NCBI GenBank assembly: GCA_963791045.1
Contig: CAWBQK010000006.1
Span: forward strand, 256,001 to 320,000
Direction of reading: 5' to 3'
DNA from: Candidatus Latescibacterota bacterium
Lineage (GTDB): Bacteria > Krumholzibacteriota > Krumholzibacteriia > WVZY01
Length of the DNA stretch: 64,000 nt
Shown: positions 61,678 through 64,000 of the stretch, piece by piece
How positions within the stretch are numbered: the first letter of the stretch is position 1
Layout of the letters: every line of letters begins with the position of its first letter
Position numbers and translations under genes: made by a program
The notes under the pieces: model-generated
Told to the model about the DNA's origin: nothing
Database searches by the model: none
What the model saw: only the letters and a program-made list of their open reading frames with translations

Positions 61678-62580
61678 GTGAAACAAGATAACGCAAACGA
61701 TCTCGAACTCCGCATCGGTCCGGTGAGCTTCCGCAACCCCGTGTTTCTCGCGTCCGGTATCTGTGGGTATGGAGAGGAATATTCGTCACTCATCGATATC
61801 GAGGCGATCGGCGGCGTTGTTACCAAGACGATAACGATCCGCCCGCGGATGGGAAATCCTCCGCCGCGGATCCACGAACTCCCCGCGGGTGCGCTCAACA
61901 GTATCGGCCTCGAGAACGTCGGACTCGACGTCTATGTGGCGGAGAAACTCCCGGCGCTAAATAACAAGAACGTCGATGTGATCGTCAGTGTCGCCGCCGA
62001 ACACGTTGAAGAGTTCGAGCAAATTGCCGAAGCGTTCGCCGGCGTCGATGGGTACAAGGGAATCGAACTCAATCTGAGCTGTCCTAATGTCGAAGAGAAA
62101 TCTCTCGATCACGGCCGAAATCCTGAATTTGTCAAACGCATCACGAGCATTGTAAAAAAACGGATTCCCCACCGTGCGCTTCTTGTCAAGATAACGCCCA
62201 ACGTAACCGACATCGGCAGCGTCGCGCTGGCCGCGCAGGAAGGCGGCGCCGACGGGATCTCGGCGATAAACACGCTCATCGGAGTTGATTTCAACCTCGA
62301 GACGGGAAAACCGATTTTCTTCCGCGGTAGCGGCGGTTATTCCGGCCCCGGGATCCTTCCGATCGCGCTCCAAAAAGTGTTAGAGGTGTCACGGGCCGTG
62401 ACGATTCCAATTATGGGGATGGGTGGAATCAGTTCCGTAGATGACGCGAGAAAGTTTTTTATCGCCGGGGCTTCGGCCGTGCAGATAGGCACGTCGCTGT
62501 GGCAGGACCCGGATCTTCCCGCGCGGATCATCGAGACGTTCTCAGCACATCCCGAATACATGAGGAAAGGACCGTACTAA
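61678..62580 (+). CDS. pyrD: Dihydroorotate dehydrogenase family 1B
   Basis: LNSIGLEN, ELNLSCPN, KITPN, INT, GGYSG. Confidence 0.93.
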   Translation: MKQDNANDLELRIGPVSFRNPVFLASGICGYGEEYSSLIDIEAIGGVVTKTITIRPRMGNPPPRIHELPAGALNSIGLENVGLDVYVAEKLPALNNKNVDVIVSVAAEHVEEFEQIAEAFAGVDGYKGIELNLSCPNVEEKSLDHGRNPEFVKRITSIVKKRIPHRALLVKITPNVTDIGSVALAAQEGGADGISAINTLIGVDFNLETGKPIFFRGSGGYSGPGILPIALQKVLEVSRAVTIPIMGMGGISSVDDARKFFIAGASAVQIGTSLWQDPDLPARIIETFSAHPEYMRKGPY

Positions 62581-62582
62581 TC

Positions 62583-63293
62583 GTGATCAGTGAAGCCGGC
62601 AAAAAGCTCATCGTTGCGATCGATGTCAAAAGCTATGACGAGGCGGCTGCGCTCGTCGAATCGCTTACCGGACTCGTGGGGTGGTTTAAAATCGGGAGTG
62701 TTCTTTTTACGCGCGAAGGGCCAAGAATTTGCCGGCTGGTAAAGGAGTCGGGCGCGGGGCTTTTTCTCGACTTGAAATACCACGATATTCCGAATACTGT
62801 ATCCGGAGCCGTGCGGGCGGCGTGCGATATTGGCGCCGATATGCTCACGGTTCACCTTTCCGGCGGAGAGGCGATGCTCGAAGCGGCGGTCAAGGCGAAG
62901 AACGACGCCGGCCGTGACGAGATGATGATAGTCGGGGTGACCGTATTGACCCATTTGACTTTCGACGATTTTCATTCGCTTTTTGTGAGCGACCGCCCGA
63001 AGAACGAGACGGTCCTTGCATTTTCCAAACTCGCGGGACGCGCCGGCCTCGAAGGGGTCGTGGCGTCGGCGCTGGAGCTTCCGCTCATTCGGCGGCACAT
63101 GGGTCCCGACTTTACCGTGGTTACGCCAGGCATTCGTATGGCGGATGCCGCGAAGGATGACCAGGTCCGCATCGTGACACCGGGTAAGGCGATCGCGACG
63201 GGAGCCAGTTATATCGTTGTGGGGCGGCCGATTATCGCGGCGGATGATCCCCGCCTGGCCGCTCGCAAGATCGTTGAAGATATGACCGTTTGA
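62583..63293 (+). CDS. pyrF: Orotidine-5'-phosphate decarboxylase
   Basis: FLDLKYHDIPNT, VTPGIR, VVGRPI. Confidence 0.95.
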   Translation: MISEAGKKLIVAIDVKSYDEAAALVESLTGLVGWFKIGSVLFTREGPRICRLVKESGAGLFLDLKYHDIPNTVSGAVRAACDIGADMLTVHLSGGEAMLEAAVKAKNDAGRDEMMIVGVTVLTHLTFDDFHSLFVSDRPKNETVLAFSKLAGRAGLEGVVASALELPLIRRHMGPDFTVVTPGIRMADAAKDDQVRIVTPGKAIATGASYIVVGRPIIAADDPRLAARKIVEDMTV

Positions 63294-63435
63294 ATACGGG
63301 CAAAATCCGCGGTTGGATTCCTTGGAGTTCCTCTCGTTCCAGAACCACAGCCATCGCCGTAGCGATCGCGATACTTCTCGCGTCGATGTTTTTCTATTTT
63401 GTTTAGTGAGAGACGATGTGGAGGAAGTTTGTAAA

Positions 63436-64000
63436 ATGAAGTTGAAATCATTAATTACTACCTGGGCATGTCTAATCTGCATGGGTATAACGCTGAATTC
63501 GTGCGGCCAAGGATCTAACGCGTCGCTGAACACGAAGGATCCGGGTGTACAACCTGGATGGGTTACGCAAGGCGACCCGGAAAACATGAACCATTTTCTC
63601 GATGTGTGGTTCATCGATGGAATGACGGGTATGGCGATCGGATCGAATGGAATGATCCTCCGGACCGCCGATGGTGGGGAGACGTGGGATGATATTGACA
63701 GTGGGACGACCGAACAGCTTTCGGCAGTGACTTTCTTTGATGATATGAACGGAGTTGTTGTGGGGAGCCGAGGTCTCATCCTTCGCACCAAGGACGGCGG
63801 TTTATCCTGGAGCCAGGAGAGCAGTGGGACGGATAAACTCTTATGGGATATCGATTATCGAGATAATAAAATTGCGACGGCCGTTGGGATTCTCGGCACG
63901 GTGACCCAAACGAAAAACGGGGGCAAAGATTGGGACGTCTGTTACAGTGCCAGTCAAGAAGCTCTTATGGGGGTTTGTTTTGTAGACTCGAAAAAGGGTG
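63436..64000 (+). CDS. YCF48/BNR-repeat lipoprotein, 3'-truncated by window edge
   Basis: Read from sequence (absent from the ORF track): MKLKSL...LNS-C; repeats ILRTADGGETW, ILRTKDGGLSW, TKNGGKDW. Confidence 0.8.
   Translation, partial: MKLKSLITTWACLICMGITLNSCGQGSNASLNTKDPGVQPGWVTQGDPENMNHFLDVWFIDGMTGMAIGSNGMILRTADGGETWDDIDSGTTEQLSAVTFFDDMNGVVVGSRGLILRTKDGGLSWSQESSGTDKLLWDIDYRDNKIATAVGILGTVTQTKNGGKDWDVCYSASQEALMGVCFVDSKKG

Overview
GC-rich bacterial chromosomal window, mostly housekeeping and envelope genes. No rRNA, tRNA, CRISPR, transposase or phage module was recognised. A FlgD-Ig/T9SS-like C-terminal domain, Hanks kinase-TPR receptors and a SprE/PorW-like lipoprotein suggest an FCB-group lineage, possibly Latescibacterota/Krumholzibacteriota (inference only). 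Contents in order: an M48 peptidase, an LVIVD-repeat protein and an OmpA/TSP3 lipoprotein; a eukaryote-like cluster (S8 protease, two Ser/Thr kinase-TPR receptors, and a signal-peptide LIM + DA1-type zinc peptidase); an ECF sigma/anti-sigma/Spy-like locus; transporters; an SdrD-B repeat lipoprotein; class I fumarase; ggt; rhodanese; tkt-tal-fbaB; LemA-HtpX; ftcD; and a pyrR-B-C-(TPR)-K-D-F operon with a PyrR attenuator. Most notable: (1) the bacterial LIM/DA1-like peptidase in an apparent operon with a receptor kinase; (2) a modular, highly structured dispersed intergenic repeat family at three loci with compensatory base changes; (3) a rhodanese whose catalytic Cys is Ser. Several genes carry clustered small indels, most likely long-read consensus errors.
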